Shown here piece by piece: positions 26,551 to 39,405 of a stretch of DNA of 64,000 nt (position 1 is the stretch's first letter; every line of letters starts with the position of its first letter). Made by a program: the position numbers and the translations under genes. The stretch lies in the NCBI GenBank assembly GCA_965202585.1, contig OZ241833.1, positions 19,034,001-19,098,000 on the forward strand, given 5' to 3'. The notes beneath the pieces were generated by a model, which was not told where the DNA came from, did not search any database, and saw only the letters and a program-made list of their open reading frames with translations. The DNA is from Thalia democratica (lineage: Eukaryota).

Positions 26551-29003
26551 TGTTAACACGAATATTCCTATGCTAGTATTTTCCATTAATTAGATTACGA
26601 TCTTCCTAATTTCGCATTTGATCACTTTCCATGCGAATTATTAATTATTCAGATAGGTTCGATCCGAGAAATTTTCATCGAAACTAGTAATCTATCCGAT
26701 CTGAATTTACTTTTGAAATTAGAATCCTCTCAGATCCAAATACTAGTGAAAAAAATTCGGATCATGCCTTCCTTACTGAGTATGTTGATTGGTTTCTAAA
26801 GGCACTGACTTACTCTATATGGTAAAAATTACTATAAAGTTTTAGTCACATTTAAATTACCCGTAAAATTTCAATTAACAAGTTAATATTTCTTTCGTGT
26901 AGGTATATTTACTATGTACTTGACATGATTGCTTACAAAGTTAAGTAACTAAATTGTTTTTGAATGTTATTTACTGTTAAAACATGAAGTTGAAAGAATC
27001 GTTGCTAAGTTTTGTATCTAACATCTTCTGATAAAAAGTGTTATAGTAAACCAGCTAGTCTTTTTATTTTGTCTTTTGTCTTTCTTTACTTAGTTTATCT
27101 TACTGAAGTTAATTCTATAGGTATAGTATAGATATATAACTGCAGTTGTAGAAAGTTAACAGTTTAAATTTAAAAACAAACATTTTTTAGAAACAGATAG
27201 GTTTTAATTTTAGAATTTTTCTATTTTCTAATTTAAGACAAGTTATACCCTTAAGCTTACCATTCTAAACAAAACTTTTTTTTTATAAAATTTACATATT
27301 GTTTACTATTTAAAGTTAAATTATTCTAAAATAGATATCATATTCTGCTTTTTTTGGTTTAATGCATGTTTTACAATTTTTTATCTTAAAGTACAAGTGA
27401 TTAAGACTAAAAGATGTTTAAAAATTTATAGCCTTAGATATTAGTAATAAATAAGTGGTGTGTAGTTTTATGACCACTCAATTTTTCTATACAGCAGATC
27501 CAATGACAAACATTTTGAGTGTCGACATCATTTTCAATTAGCTGTAAACTAAAGCAGCAAAAAAAAAAAGATTCGGCTGTAGTTAATTAAAATTATAAAA
27601 TCTTTGAAGTACATAAAAAAAAACTAATGTTATTAAGAAAGAACTTTACATAAAATAAAATAAATTAAACTAGTAGTATTAAAAATAAGGATTTTTATTG
27701 ATAAATCATTAATAAAAAATAATTAAGTGGTCTAATGACCAGTTATAATAATTTTAAGTTTAATAGTATGTTTTTATTTAAAACTTACAATTTTTCTTAC
27801 TAAAATTCGATGTCATTAAAGTTAAACGTTAAATTTTGAAATACATTATCTACTGCCACATTAAATTAACGTTGTTTTTGCATTACTGTGATAGAGAAGT
27901 TTAAAAAAACAACATTATTTAGCTTTTTTTATAAAATCAATATTATTTGATTTTAATTAGGAAGGTTTGCTAATACACGGGTTCTTTTTCAAATTATATT
28001 TTTAAAATAATATTGTGTTTGCACTCGTGTTTACTTTAAAAATTTTATGCTCATCTATAGTTATAAGCACCCATTAAAATGTCATTAAGTATTTAAGCGA
28101 AAACTACACAATTGTAACAGTCTCAGTATTTTTTACAATAAAACAACACTCTAATAAGATTTAAATTATAAAAGAGAAAAAATATTGTTATTTTGATAAC
28201 AGTACTAAACTAAACACTTTTTATTGTAACTTTTATGTATTTTTATAAACAACATGAACGTAAAACATTAATCAGCAAAATATAATAGGGCGACGCACAA
28301 ACTTGGACGCTAAGGCTGCTGTTTTCTATGGACAACAAAGAAATTTTAAAAAGTTTCAGTTGTTATCGTTTAATTATAAGTTTTCGGCTATCGACATGTG
28401 ATATTCTTAAGCTTTTAAATTTCATAACGGTAGCCAATATAGGCGGAGCGATATCCCTTCTTAAAAAGTTCAGTGTACAAAAATAATATCAATTTAAAAT
28501 AGCTAGAACTAAATAAGCTAACGTTCAACATGAGTTTTTATATGACTAGAATTAGAGCATTGAATATTATACAATAAAACAATTTACTAACTTTATGTAA
28601 AGTAACAAAACTCCATTCAAAAATTTTTACAAACTTAGAGAAAATTATCAAAGTAGAGTATTCTAGTACACGTTCCATGTTAAATTAACTTAGACTACCT
28701 TAAATCTTAGTAAATTTAAAATTTCTACTGTAAAAATAACTCAACTTTGTTAAACAATTTATTAACCAAGTAAACATTTTTTTTTACTTTTGGTAGTGGA
28801 ATTATATGACAGGTTTTTTCTTAGAAACTAAATTTGAGTAGGTAAAACCTAGAGCTTTTCTTGCTTCCAAGCTCATAGCATTCATTATCTAAACAAGGGG
28901 TTATAAACATAAATTAAACATGCACTACACATCTAATAATAAATAAAGTTATAAATGAGTAAAATATTTTTCATACTTTGATGTTGCTTTGTAAATTTTA
29001 AAT

Positions 29004-29302
29004 CAGGGATGAGCTAACTTAGGTCCGCAAAGCTAAAATCTGCATCCGGCGAAGAATTATTCAGATAAAACATACTTTTTTAAATCAATAGAAAGAAAGT
29101 TTTTGTGTTGAAAACACTTACGTTTAGGCTTTATATTTAATAATTACCCCTGTATATTTCTCTATTTGTGCTTTTTTACTAATTTTTTGGTACACATTTT
29201 TTTTTATAATAAAAACTACAACTATTTTGAAGTAACTGCGGCCGTCGAGCAACATTTTATTGGAAAATTGGCCCGTGACTTATAAAAGACAGCCGGATCC
29301 TG
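29004..29302. mobile_element. hAT (Charlie-like) MITE, about 300 bp
   Basis: CAGG...CCTG termini with degraded TIRs (10/17 match). 8-bp TSD TTTTAAAT (28996-29003) / TTCTAAAT (29303-29310). GGTCCGC and GGCCCG subterminal motifs. Confidence 0.65.
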
Positions 29303-29459
29303 TTCTAAATAAGTTTACTTATTTGTAATAATACTTATTTATACTTAAATTAAATACAATTAAAAACAAAAAGTATTTAAGTTATATCTAATTATGTTCT
29401 TATTTCAACTTATTCAGTTAAAACGTATAAATAAATCTATCCAACTAATTACCACGACT

Positions 29460-30492
29460 ATAACACTTCCCCGATAGCCACTTTTATAAGAAAATTTTTA
29501 ATAGAAGACAATTAAAATTTCTTATAGTTGCATGAGTAATGTTAAAACTTTAATACAATCGCACAACAAAACAGTAATTTCAAACTTTAATAATAGACAT
29601 ATCAAAGCTAATACAAATAATAATTCTAGTAATAAAGTTAGTAATGACGTAGACATGTACAATATTTCTAATTATACTAATCATATTAATAATAAAAGTA
29701 ATAAAAATAATAATTTTAATACTAGGAATAATAACAGTAATAATAATGATAATCCTAATAGTAAAAATTTTAATTATGGTAACAATAATGTAAAACATAT
29801 TAAAACTTTAAAAATTAAAAATATAAGCTGTAATGATAACTTTAATTTTAATGATAATGAAAATATACATATCAACAGTACTAATAATAGTGTAGATTAT
29901 AACAATTAACGTATAACTAGAAGTATTTCTAAAATAATAAAAGAAAACTTAGAACAAATAAGTGATAATAGCGCTAAAAGTATAAGCAAAATGCAGAACA
30001 ATAAAACTATAAATAAATATTCAAAACCAACTAACCCTAATAGTAATAAGTTAAGTAATATGCCTAAAACATGTAATTGCCGTAAAATAAATAAAGATAA
30101 CTACCCATTAAAAGGTAATTGTTTAATTAAAAATGTAATTTATAAAGTTAAAGTTGAAAGTAAGGGCCCAGATAAAATTTATATCGAAAGTACAGCAGGT
30201 AGTTTCAAGGATAGATATGCTAACCATAAACATACTTTAAAAAAAAAAAAAAAAACAAAGCAAGCGTTTATCGGATTATATCTGGAGCTTTTTTCACAGG
30301 TACGGTAAAAGGCCAAACATGGTGTGGAGTATTGTTTTAAAGATCAAACATGGATCCAACGGAGTAAGTAGAATTTGCCCAACTTGCAATACAGAAAGAG
30401 CAGCAATTGCAGCAGAAGATAAAGACCTACTTCTGAATAAGCGGCAATATTTATCGAATATTTGTCCCCACAACCGACGATTCTACTTTTAA
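29460..30492 (+). mobile_element. 5'-truncated Penelope-like element: post-RT region, Asn-rich linker and GIY-YIG endonuclease, frameshifted
   Basis: HFPDSHFYKKIFNRR..SYSCMSNVKTLIQSHN motif; CNCRK..YPLKGNCLIKNVIYKVKV..KIYIESTAGSFKDRYANHK; then, in a shifted frame, LSDYIW..WSIV..CPTCNTERAAI..LLNKRQYLSNICPHNRRFYF with stop at 30490-30492. Confidence 0.85.
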
Positions 30493-33400
30493 TAACTCTG
30501 TCTATTTATGTACTAATTTATTTCACAACACTCACATTACAACCACAAACACTTGCAAGTTTAATACTTCATGTTTTAAGCTGTATAAATTATTGACCAA
30601 TTTGTTAAATTTATTATGACGTAACATTTCTGCACAACTCAATTTAATTTTCATTTTAAAAACTTGCCTATTCTTAGAGCTTTTTGAGGTCAGTGCCTAC
30701 TTTTATTAAATTTGTATTTTTTGTAGACAATTTTATAATTTTATGTTTTTATCCCAAACTTTGTTTTTAAACAATACAGTTCATTTATAGTTACTACCTA
30801 CATAAACACTATACATAATTTTACATGCTTTTTCTGCTTTTTTTCTAATGTGTGTTAATATTTTATAGACTCCGTAGATCTGTTCTTAAATTTATTTGAG
30901 AGCAGTGGAACGCCGTTAGTTGAAATAAAGTTTTAACAGAAAAACATCTGTGGTATATATTCCGATAAGCTTAGCTTATCAGGATCTCCAGTATTTAACG
31001 CCTTTTGACGTTACATCTTATATATATTTTATATGTTTTATAAGTATTTTTTCTAGTATTGTTTCTATGGTTACAAGGCTATGGGTTTCTTTCTTTGTAG
31101 AACTAAAGTAGAATACCGTCGTTTTTCAGATACCAATAATCATTAAGATAAAAGTAATATGTATACTTAGTTTTTAAGTATAGAAATACATACGACTTTA
31201 AATGACTCGAGGTGTATATAATGTTTTATTATTAATTATGAATCGGTAAAATGTTTCTACTAAAATTAGTTCTTAATTTTATTAGCTATTTCTGACACTT
31301 TACATTTAAATTTTGTTTTAAGATACCATTCTATGTTACGTCTTACAGACATTGCAATTTAATTATTGACACACCAAACTTTAATAAGAATACTTGTAGT
31401 TTTTCTCGATACTTGTGATTATGTTTTATGAAATAAGTGAAAAAAGTTAAAACAAAAAACTTTTAATTTAGTGTAAATTTCTATGTACAGGAAAATATTA
31501 AAGGGTAAAAACATTTTTTAAGCCTAGATACAACATTTGCACAATTTTGTTCACTGTAGTGACTGACTAAGTACAATGTTAAAATAAACTAGGTTTTTCA
31601 ATATATTTAAATCATTTCAGACACAAAAACTAAAAAGACAAGATACTGAAAAAAACAAAAAAAAAAAAAAACTTGAATGTCAGAAGTTTGTAAGAAGTTA
31701 GATAAATACTAAAAATTCAAGTATGGTTTTACTATTTAGTTCTTTAATTTCAAGGAAAAATGTTTATCAAAAATACTGCACGTAACTGATTACTACAAAT
31801 AAACTGACCAAAAACTAAACTTTACAATACCTTAATAATTAAATGTAAAAAAAAGCGATAACAAATTAAAAGCAAGGCCAGTTTAGCTTAGTTTTTATTT
31901 ATACTTTTTTGTGAAAATCAATAAGTAATACTTCTATTCATAATTAAAAGAACAAAATTAACCCACAAGAAAAACTTAAAGATTTTACAAACTTTATGAT
32001 AAAATTATCAATTAGATTACTTTTAAAGATTAAAGTTAGATTAATTTATTAGTCTTATAAGGTTTTGATTTCTTAAATGATGGAAACTTGTTTTTTGCTT
32101 TAACTTTTGTTGGGGTGATAGTAAAAAGATTATTACAACAAAATACAAAAAAGCACCATATTACAAATCTTAGTAAGTTTTAGAAAGTTCTTCGGTTTAC
32201 ACAACTTTAGCTTTATAGCTGAGTAATAAAAAATAGAACAGAATATATCAATAAGACTAATTTCTTACCATTACAAGTTAGTTTTAATTATAAACAAACT
32301 AAAGTTAAAGTTAAAAAGAGTTAGAATATAAACCTGATAAAAATATAGAACAATTGAAAGTTAATAAAAAAATCTTTTTGATTTTCAAAAATACACAAAA
32401 CATGGCAAGCTACTTCAAATATAATCTTAATAATATATTCTTTTTTTTTTTTAATAACAAGCTAAAGCGTGAACCATTAAAAAACATTAGTATAGTTTTT
32501 CTAAATATCTAAATAAACTAACGTGTTTTAAAACTTTCTTTTCTTAAACAAAATAGTAAGTAGGTATTACGCGACAAAATTTTAGTACTTTAAAATTAAA
32601 GTTTAAGTTTTGTAAAAAAAAAAAATAGGAAAAGTTTTTATCTTTATGAACTTAAATAAAGTTTTACCTATTTCTCGAACTGTTTTAATTTAACCTTTAC
32701 CTTTATTTTAAATTTTTCACTTCAAAGCACTTTGTTTACTAAAGAAAGTTGTTTATACATTGACTGTGTTCAGAGTATATGTATGTTTTTCTCACAAAGT
32801 ACAAATGATGTTTGGAAATTCAGAAAAAAACGGTTAAGTATAAAAATATTTTTTATAATCGATATAAAGCAACACGTTAATATTTACTTCTTTACAATTT
32901 TGTGTGTTGTCTAAATACCAAAACACTTGATAATTGTGACGACGTTTCTCAAAATTTCAGTGTAAATACCAATGGACAACATAATTATTTGCCAATTCAT
33001 CGAGCCTGTTTTTTGTGCACATTTGGCACCTGCAAGAAAAAATAAAGAGTTATACACTGTTTTGTATATAAGGTGGTTGTAATTTTAAAATTTAGTTTAA
33101 CTTTTTGTTTAACCTGTATAATTCAAGGAACAAAATAAATAGTGCATTATGTATAAATTTTTCTTTTTTTATTGTAAACTTAATAACTTGATGATAAAAT
33201 TTATTTGTTTCTTAAAAATATAAATAAAAATAAACTTAAATGCTTTTTAGAAATTATTTTTTTAACATTATTAATAACTAGTATTATAGAATTTTGTTTT
33301 TGTTTTAAGAAATTCATTTAAAAATGAGTATTTTTATTAAGTTCAGAAGCTGTTCTTATGTTGACTTAATACTCTAAATTTTTACTACTAGTTTTAGTTA

Positions 33401-33825
33401 AAGTATGTAAAAAACTCGATAATTTTTCATTATCGTAGATGCTCTATAAACTTTGCAGCTGTATATGCTTTAATTATAAAAAAGGTTTTGGTATACAAGT
33501 GAACAAATATTTTTAGCGAGAAAAATAGTGTCGTCAATGTTTAAAAGTTTTTGTGATAACCAAAACTAACTAATTGAAAAAACGACGAAATTTACATCAT
33601 AATCTTTCTTACAAAATTTTCTTAAAGTTTTATTAAACTTTTTTTAAACTAAAAAACTCAGTTTGCTTACTTGTAACTAAAATGATGAAACTAATTTTTT
33701 AACTCCTACACTAAAAATATAGTTACGTTTGTTGTAAACAATTACGAATAAAACGTTAAAATAAATCTTAAGTATATTAAAATAGCATACTCTGAACTAA
33801 GGAACCGGTATTTCTTTTAGATAAA

Positions 33826-34749
33826 ATGTTTATGAGACTAAACTTGAAGCTTGCTGTTTTATTTCTGTTCTGGAACAATTGTGTTTTGTCTAAAAGTTTT
33901 CAGCCTTACAATGACATAGATTCTAAGAATGAATTAGAAAGCAATTTATCAAACTTTGATAAACTAGATGTTGACGACTTGTTGGTAAGAAATATTTATT
34001 AGATAAATATATAATTAAACAAATTAAAAAAAAAGAAACAAAATAAACAACACGTCTAAGCTTCGAAAATATTAACTATTAATGGACTATCAGTTGGTAA
34101 TAATTATATGAGTTTAAGAAGTCTATCATAAAATATAAAATAAAAATAAAAAGCCACAAAAACATATGTCTACAATTTAAAGATAAATGGAAGTACTTAT
34201 TAAAAATTAAAACACTTAACTTTGAACTTAAAAAACGAAATAAAAAAGTTAAAAAATGTTTTTACTCATATAAAACTAATTTATAACTTTTTTATCCTAG
34301 TGGTTGTCAATAAATTCAGCGAAAACAGCTTAGTACTTTAAGACTTAGCGTTTTAAATTTTAGCAGAAAAGTAGGTCATCCATACAATTTTTAATAAAAT
34401 TTAATTAAAAAAATAATAATAACATATTTAACTCGTAGAACTTGTTTTAATAATTATAATAGTTAATTTAAAACAGGATTTACTAATTTCCGACAAAAAA
34501 GATCCTCTTTCATTTTTGAACGATGACAGTTTTCACAAAAAAGCACAAAATCCACTTTTAAACAAACTAAAGTTAGTAAACCGGCCTGAAGATATTTCTC
34601 AAACTAGAAACAAAGACTTATCTAAGTTTTCAAAACGCTCTTCAGAGATAGATCTACTTAATATACTTGGAATGCTACGAAACAAATATCTTTTCTCAAA
34701 TCTTGATAACGACATTTTGAATACCATGATAGAAAACTATAAAAAGTAG
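33826..34749 (+). CDS. Secreted prepropeptide (peptide hormone/neuropeptide precursor), 143 aa, PTH-family-like C-terminal peptide; exons 33826-33984 and 34477-34749
   Basis: Acceptor TTTCTTTTAG 5 nt before the ATG. Signal-peptide-like MFMRLNLKLAVLFLFWNNCVLS. Phase-0 intron GTAAGA...AAACAG joins the exons with no stop. Single KR at 34633-34638, followed by SSEIDLLNILGMLRNKYLFSNLDNDILNTMIENYKK-stop. AATAAA at 34775-34780. The gene model is better supported than the PTH family label. Confidence 0.7.
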
Positions 34750-36856
34750 ATTCGTGTTCTTTTTTCAAAAAATTAATAAAAATGCATTATTACTAAAATG
34801 TTAAGATTTTATTTATTTATTTTATTTTTTTAACGGTAATTATAAACTCTAAGCTACTAAAAAATACTAAATATTACAAAAGAGCTTAATATTAAAATAT
34901 TTATGAAATATTAGTATCAAAAAAAAGTTAGAAATTAAATATTAATCAGACAAGAAAACCTTCAAAAAATTTTTGATATAAAATAAACTAATAGTTAACA
35001 ATGTTTAGCAACTAAAGTATAGTAAAAAAATATTAGGTCAATGTGGTAATTATATCTAATGGTTTTTGCAAGTTTGTAAGAAAGAAAAATATAAATAAAA
35101 CTGTTTTAACTTTTATTTCACTACTTATAAAAACTTCACTCGCTTTTTACAAACTTCGTTAAAACCTTTTTAAAGTTAACTAAAAAAATAAGTAAAAGTT
35201 TAATAGAAGTTTATTTAAATGTAATATTTAAAACTAAGTAATGTTGTTATTTTCAAATGAAAATGAAAATAAATTTCATTTTAATTAAATACAATAACTC
35301 AATAAGTGATATTAACTAATAATTTACTTTATCATATATCATTATGCAATAAACTTCAGTAAAAGTTTGTACCAACATTAAAGGCTTACAATTGTTTTTG
35401 TGTTGCAACTTTTTTATTTTTTTGCGTTAATATTCCTGTTTTCTAAGTATTCATTTCTTTAAATTATTAAGATTAAAGTCTTCTTGTTAGTATAAGTACT
35501 TTTGCTTTAATTTATCTATTACCCTACCAATTTTCAACACTTTTATATCTGTTATATATTTCTGAATTACCTAAGCAAAACTTTAAAAAAAAAATTTTTT
35601 ATAACTGAACTTTTATATCATATCTAAAACAGTTTTAGAGAAACACTTAAAACAAACAACATATATAAAAAAATTAAAAAAAAACTAAAATACCAATGAT
35701 AGGATAACTAAATTAATCAAAGGTTAAAAAAAAGAAAACAGAGAAAATGAAAAATAAGACTAGAATAACATTTTAAAGTTAAGTTATATAAACTAATTAT
35801 ATTAACTATTACTACTTATCATTAATTGGAACATTACTTTTAACGAAGAGTTTACAACGGTGACAGATGTAGAACACTAATACATAAATGTTTATATAAA
35901 GTGTTGTACTGCACGTCATATAAATCTAAAAAAAAAAACGTTGTAGATACTAATAACGAACTTTATAATACTTGTGTTAATAAATAGGTATTTTCATTCA
36001 AAAGGCTAAAAGTATTACATTTTATCACAATATGCGGTAATACTATAAAAATTTTTTTAGTGGGTCCTAATAAGACGAAACTAGATCGCAGATTTTCACG
36101 AGGGCTGTTATTAAAGATAGGCCGCAGCAGTCTAGTACCTACAAAAAAAAAACATAAAACTTCGAACATTTTGCAATAATATTCAATAATTTTTTTTTTG
36201 TTAAAGTTTTTGTTTTGACGTTAAACTGTTTTCTGTTAACAAAAACAAAAAAACAATGCCGGCAACTTTGGACTATAACAAAAAGGTAGTTCAACATAAA
36301 CATGTTTTTACATTTAAAGATGAGTTTATAAATATCATATGATAACTTTTGCTAGTTATCTATTTAACTATATGTTTTTAACACTAACATATTTTTAAGT
36401 TGAAACTAAGTAGTATTTAAATTCTAATCATATTTTACAATAAAAGAAAAAATTTTTAAGGTGATAAAAAAAGTACTAGAAAAGTGATTGTACGATTTTG
36501 TAGCTTAAAGTTTAAAAAAAATTAAAACCTTTAAAAACTTATATTATAATTATAAAACTAGTATATCAGATGTTTTTAATCCGTTTATAACTAATTATCT
36601 AAAAGTTTATAGGCACAGAGAGTGAATTAATTTATTTTTGTACTTTATTATTTTTATATTGGTTATTTTATGTATTAAGTTGACAGTACAAAATTAGATC
36701 TCCCTTTTGAAAGTTATTTTTGTTTATTTTCACGTAAAGGTTGAAATTTAAAAATTAAGGATTAAGATTTTACAACAGTTAATATTTTAAAAAGTGTAAT
36801 ATTCCTTTTAGTTAAATCTATTACATTTTGTTATTATAACTTTTTTAGTTACCAAA

Positions 36857-36920
36857 AGGACTTTTTGTACACCAGGTCGTTGGACCAAACTTTTAGAACG
36901 TTTTTTTTGGTTAATAAACA
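36857..36920 (+). repeat. Partial, diverged third copy of the SINE-like repeat
   Basis: TTTTTGTACACCAGGTCGTTGGACCAAACTTTTAGAACGTTTTTTT aligns to the 3' half of copies 1 and 2. Confidence 0.4.
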
Positions 36921-37200
36921 ATAATATTAAAAACAAAGTTTTAAGTTAAGCACATTCCAATATTTTTTACAAGTAAATTTTTAATTTTAGGCTAGGGCTT
37001 TAATTCTGGGTTCAGTACTTTTAGCTGATTAAAGAAAATTTTGAAAAATATTTTAAAGGGTTTAGTTATACAATAAAAAAAGTTTTTTAACGCATTTATA
37101 GGTTTTTTATCAGTTTCTTATTAAAATGATAACTCTAAAAAAAATGTTTTTGTTTAATTTTAGTAAGTTATTTATAGAAAATTTGTTTTCTAAATACATA

Positions 37201-37284
37201 CGTCAGTCTTTGTAAGCTATCAGGAACCATTCTAAAATAGTTTTTAAAAGATCTTATAATACACTTTAAGCTAGCGTGATAAAA
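37201..37284 (+). repeat. Left arm of an inverted repeat pair (partner 40245-40330)
   Basis: About 85 bp, roughly 85% identical to the reverse complement of 40245-40330; homology starts sharply at TA|CGTCAGTC. Confidence 0.75.
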
Positions 37285-38009
37285 ATAACTACAAAAGGTA
37301 CTGTAAGCTTAGTCAGCCTAAAATAAAGAGTTTATTTATTTTTTTGACTTTAGGAACATCAAAATGAATTTTTTTATGACTTTCTAGTAAGGTATTAAAA
37401 AAGATCACCTTAAAAAAAACTATTAACTAAAAATAAAGATAATAAATACATAAACACATTAAATTCATAAACGTTTCCTTTAATTAAATTGATCTTTTGC
37501 TTTCTTCATACTACTACTAGTACTTGTTAAATACTAATTAATCTACTTAAAATGTTTATAAAACTTTTTTTTGTTAACTAGTTAGATTCAAAGACTTAAA
37601 TTGTATTTCGACTTAACTTTTTAATTAACATTATTGGTTAATAGTAAACAAAACAGAGAGCACATGCTATACGTTAACTTTAAGTATATAATTTTTATAA
37701 TACCTTAACCGGATAACTGTAGGCCGGAAACTAATACTTTGTATACTTACAAATAATTACTGTTGAATAATGTGTCAAAGGTTTTAAGTAGCTTTTTATA
37801 AGAAATTATAAACTAATAAACTTTTATTAATAAAACACTGTACTCGTAGCTTTAAAAAATAATTCATAAAAAAAGTGTATATAAAATCACATCAAAGATT
37901 TATGATAAATTAATTAAACTCTTAAAAAGTGTTTTTACAAAAAAAAAGGTTATGCCTGAGTCCTTTTTTACTCTTCGTTAAAACCTGCGAGTTTCTAGTG
38001 TAAGCCTGA

Positions 38010-38800
38010 ACATTTACTGTTATTCCTATTACAAATAAATGACTTACAGAATAATATTAGTCTTAACGTCCTCAACTTTGCAGATGACACAATGTTATAC
38101 AAAACATTCACAAAAGACACATATCTAAATGACAGTAAGAATTTTAACATAGAACTAAAAAAGGTATCTGATTGGTTTATGGGAAACAAAGTTAAACTAA
38201 ATCTTAATAAAACTAGAAGCATGTTTCTACATCAATCAAAAAAAAAATTTTTTGGAAAAATGTAGATCCGAGTGTAAAAATAGGTAAAACAGTTACAACA
38301 AACACAAGTAGCTATAAATATTTGGAAATAATTATAGACAAGATTTTAAAATGGTCAGAACACATAGAAACTATAAAAACAAAATTACAAAAAACTCTGG
38401 GTATATATTATAAAACAAGACACTTCTTAAATGAAAAAGCATTATATTTGATCTTTAATTCTTTGCTTATGATCATGTTAGATATGGCTTGTTGTGCTGG
38501 GGAAGAGCAAATAAAAAATTTATAAATGATATCAATGTTCTCATAAACAGAGCACTTAGATGCATACACTATAAAAAATGTGATGATAGTGTAAGAGAAT
38601 TAAAAACACAGAAAAAAATATTAGAAGTTGAAAATCGGTATCTATATGAATTAGGTCTGTTTATGTTTAAGTTTAACAATAATTTTTTGCCAGATAACTT
38701 TAAAAATTACTATAAAAGTGTAAAAAATGTCCATAACTATCATACCAGGTCTTAAGAAACAATTTTTTTCCTACCTATATTCAACAGCAAAATAGGTCAT
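38010..38800 (+). mobile_element. CR1/L2-type LINE fragment (C-terminal RT and downstream region), frameshifted
   Basis: INDLQNNISLNVLNFADDTMLY catalytic motif; KVSDWFMGNKVKLNLNKT; YKYLEIIIDKILKWSEHI; KNVHNYHTR. Confidence 0.85.
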
Positions 38801-38910
38801 AAACTTTTTTGTTTAAGTTTTACCTCAGGGTCAAATAATTAATAGCAAGCTAAAAATAGTAAAATAGCAAGAAAAAAAGTAAAAATCTTATGACAACCCA
38901 AAATTTTAAA

Positions 38911-39012
38911 ATCGCCCCCTTTTCGCCCCCTTACTAGTTATCGCCCACCCTTTCGCCTCCTTACTAATTATCGCCCCCAGGGGGGCGATATCGCCCATTT
39001 TCGGAAGCCCTG
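38911..39012. mobile_element. One terminus of a hAT-type MITE with subterminal repeats
   Basis: Reverse complement of the end reads CAGGGCTTCCGAAAATGGGCGATATCGCCCCC; two ~30-bp tandem units; hairpin TATCGCCCCC-AG-GGGGGCGATA; other end not found. Confidence 0.55.
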
Positions 39013-39283
39013 ATTTACATACTAAAACCTAAACGAAAAAGTCATTAAATTTTATGAATTCATTGAATATGCATACTATAAAGTTTTTTAAAGTAAAAAG
39101 GTTAGTTTTTTTATTTAAAACAAAAATCTGCTCATTTTGTTTGTGTCAGAACGCCCTTTAGATAAGTAATCATTTAATGTAAAACTTTTTAACTTCATAT
39201 TTTAAACGTAATTTAGTTTTTGACTTATCTGCGTTAGCACCTTGTATGCTAAAACAAGTTATGGACAACTATTTGACTAAAGA

Positions 39284-39405
39284 AGTCTTGGACAAGACGT
39301 TAAGCGGTATCCGTGGTGTGCGACTAGATAACCGAAAGGTTTTTGTGCACCAGGCCCTAAGACCAAATACTTTGAGCATCTTTTTTTTGTCGTTCTTGAA
39401 ACTAT
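39284..39405 (+). repeat. SINE-like dispersed repeat, copy 2
   Basis: Roughly 80-85% identical to 26429-26550. Confidence 0.55.

Noticed and set aside
30895-30930. Degenerate hammerhead-like motif (TTGAGAG...stem...GAAA) downstream of the Penelope fragment
   Set aside because: PLEs often carry hammerheads, but the CUGANGA core is broken and stems I and III cannot be formed; an Infernal search with hammerhead models would settle it.
34639-34746. CRF/urotensin-I or glucagon-family identity for the C-terminal peptide
   Set aside because: Lacks the PPISLDLT motif, the HSDG/HADG N-terminus and an amidation Gly; PTH-like SEIxLxxxLG fits better.
36061-36087. CTAATAAGACGAAACTAGATC as a minimal hammerhead
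   Set aside because: Two core G positions are A, there is no stem II or stem I, and no adjacent PLE.
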